64,000 nucleotides of DNA from Lytechinus pictus (Eukaryota): contig NC_087252.1 of assembly GCF_037042905.1 (NCBI RefSeq), forward strand, positions 7,628,001 through 7,692,000, in the 5' to 3' direction. Position numbers and translations under genes: made by a program. Shown piece after piece: positions 61,716-64,000 of the stretch; position 1 is the stretch's first letter, and each line of letters begins with the position of its first letter. The notes under the pieces were generated by a model that saw only the letters and a program-made list of their open reading frames with translations, had not been told where the DNA came from and did not search any database.

Positions 61716-64000
61716 AACATTAAATTTACCAACTGTCTCACTCAGTATAGCCGACAACTTTCATTGATTATACTGAAAAGCACAGTTAAAACAGAATTTT
61801 GACATATTTATGTCCGGATAAAACTGCCGACGTGTCCTTTCATGAAACGCTCCCCTGCTGGTAATAAGTTTTTCTTCCCCTTTTTTTTTTAAGTGGGTAA
61901 GGGGTTGAAGCTCTCCTTCTCTTTCCGTGTCCCCTGAAATATATTTTCGATCACAGCTAGGTCAATACAGTAGAGGCCGAGTATAATATACAGACATAGG
62001 GCTATATCCTGTCGATCGGCGTGCTAGCGACTGTAATACGTTTAGATTAGATGTTGATATGATATTGATGCAAAATGATAGCGCCTTCAGGGAGGGAGGG
62101 AGAGGGAGGGGTTTCATCGCGGTGTTCTATTCGTTTGTTATGATTATGATAAAATGCGTCTTTAGGTTTCACTCAGTTAATAGTGTAAAGGTGTCACAAA
62201 GAAACAACGCAGCACAAATATGGCGCTGTATGCACACTACAAACAAATATACACTGCAAAAACTCTGGTGTTGATTTAACACCAGCCCGGAATCTATATA
62301 TGTCCACACCAGAGAAGTGTTAAACAACACCAGTTTTGTTTTGGTCTAACACCAGAAAGATTTTATACAACACCAATTAGTATTAAAACAGCATCGGTTT
62401 GATTCCAAACTGGTTTTGATGTTTCAATACTTCTCTGGTGTGGCCATATATAGATTCCGGGCTAGAGTTGAATCATAGAGCTATTAACTCCCGGTGGTTG
62501 AATCAACACCGGAGTTTTTGCAGTGTACAGTAGGCCTCCTTATGTGCAGATATAAATACATTTAGATGTTCATAATATGATTTTGATGTAAAATGATAGC
62601 GCCATTAAGATTTTGGACCATTTTAGGAAGGATGGGAGGGGGCTGTGATCTACATGGTGTTATATTCGTTTGTTTGTGATTATGATAAAATGCGTCTTTA
62701 AAGGAATGGTCCGGGCTGAAAGTATTTATAACTTAATAAATAGAGTAGAATTCACTGAGCAAAATGCCGAAAATTTCATCAAAATCGGATAACAAATAAC
62801 AAAGTTATTGACTTTTAAAGTTTAGCAATATTTTGTGAAAACAGTCGTCATGAATATTCATTAGGTGGGCTGATGATATCACATCCCCACTTGTTCTTTT
62901 GTATTTTATTGATATCAGGTTTATTCAAATTTTTCCTCCAAAAACTAGAAAAAAATGGTTTGATAACTGATTTAGTGCATTAGAATTTATTGTTGCAACT
63001 TATTTCATTATAAGGGAGACATATTATTTACACAAGTATGAAATAATGAAAAAAATATGATTTTATGTAATAACATAAGAAAACGGAAAGTGGAGATTAA
63101 ACATTAAATTTACCAACTGTCTCACTCAGTATAGCCGACAACTTTCATTGATTATACTGAAAAGCACAGTTAAAACAGAATTTGGACATATTTATGTTCG
63201 GATAAAACTGCCGACGTGTCCTTTCATGAAACGCTCCCCTGCTGGTAATAAGTTTTTCTTCCCCTTTTTTTTTTAAGTGGGGAAGGGGTTGAAGCTCTCC
63301 TTCTCTTTCCGTGTCCCCTGAAATATATTTTCGATCACAGCTAGGTCAATACAGTAGAGGCCGAGTATAATATACAGACATAGGGCTATATCCTGTCGAT
63401 CGGCGTGCTAGCGACTGTAATACGTTTAGATTAGATGTTGATATGATATTGATGCAAAATGATAGCGCCTTCAGGGAGGGAGGGAGAGGGAGGGGTTTCA
63501 TCGCGGTGTTCTATTCGTTTGTTATGATTATGATAAAATGCGTCTTTAGGTTTCACTCAGTTAATAGTGTAAAGGTGTCACAAAGAAACAACGCAGCACA
63601 AATATGGCGCTGTATGCACACTACAAACAAATATACACTGCAAAAACTCTGGTGTTGATTTAACACCAGCCCGGAATCTATATATGTCCACACCAGAGAA
63701 GTGTTAAACAACACCAGTTTTGTTTTGGTCTAACACCAGAAAGATTTTATACAACACCAATTAGTATTAAAACAGCATCGGTTTGATTCCAAACTGGTTT
63801 TGATGTTTCAATACTTCTCTGGTGTGGCCATATATAGATTCCGGGCTAGAGTTGAATCATAGAGCTATTAACTCCCGGTGGTTGAATCAACACCGGAGTT
63901 TTTGCAGTGTACAGTAGGCCTCCTTATGTGCAGATATAAATACATTTAGATGTTCATAATATGATTTTGATGTAAAATGATAGCGCCATTAAGATTTTGG
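61716..64000. repeat. Recent tandem duplication, period 1384 bp (61716-63099; 63100 to beyond the window end)
   Basis: Near-identical sequence offset by 1384 (e.g. 62059 vs 63443) with a few substitutions. Confidence 0.95.
62252..62525. mobile_element. CACT-terminus (EnSpm-like) MITE; duplicate at 63636-63909
   Basis: TA|CACTGCAAAAACTC...GAGTTTTTGCAGTG|TA. Confidence 0.75.

Noticed and set aside
62059..63658. Two identical 71-aa ORFs
   Set aside because: A consequence of the 1384-bp duplication; they run into a MITE and show no coding signature

Overview
Eukaryotic, AT-rich, repeat-dense genomic DNA. The spliceosomal introns and the SINE/MITE families suggest a deuterostome invertebrate, probably a sea urchin (inference). 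Main content: (1) two intact minus-strand tandem paralogs encoding a PR/SET domain plus 11 C2H2 zinc fingers (PRDM-like, no KRAB seen), each with 5 coding exons (A 4843-13847, B 32417-38470), with flank homology implying a further copy left of the window; (2) a full-length, very young Gypsy/Ty3 LTR retrotransposon (18040-24687) with apparently identical 444-bp LTRs, a GGAA TSD, a tRNA-Leu PBS, a -1 frameshift signal with a predicted pseudoknot, and one in-frame UGA between protease and RT; (3) a 3.1-kb DNA transposon inserted exactly on the splice acceptor of paralog A; (4) a 40.6-48.4 kb zone of tandem repeats (212, 116 and 126 bp units) interleaved with three diverged copies of an unidentified gene family; (5) a nested transposon stack at 50.9-58.9 kb, many MITEs and SINEs, and a recent 1384-bp tandem duplication at the right end. 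All coordinates and alignments were read by eye.
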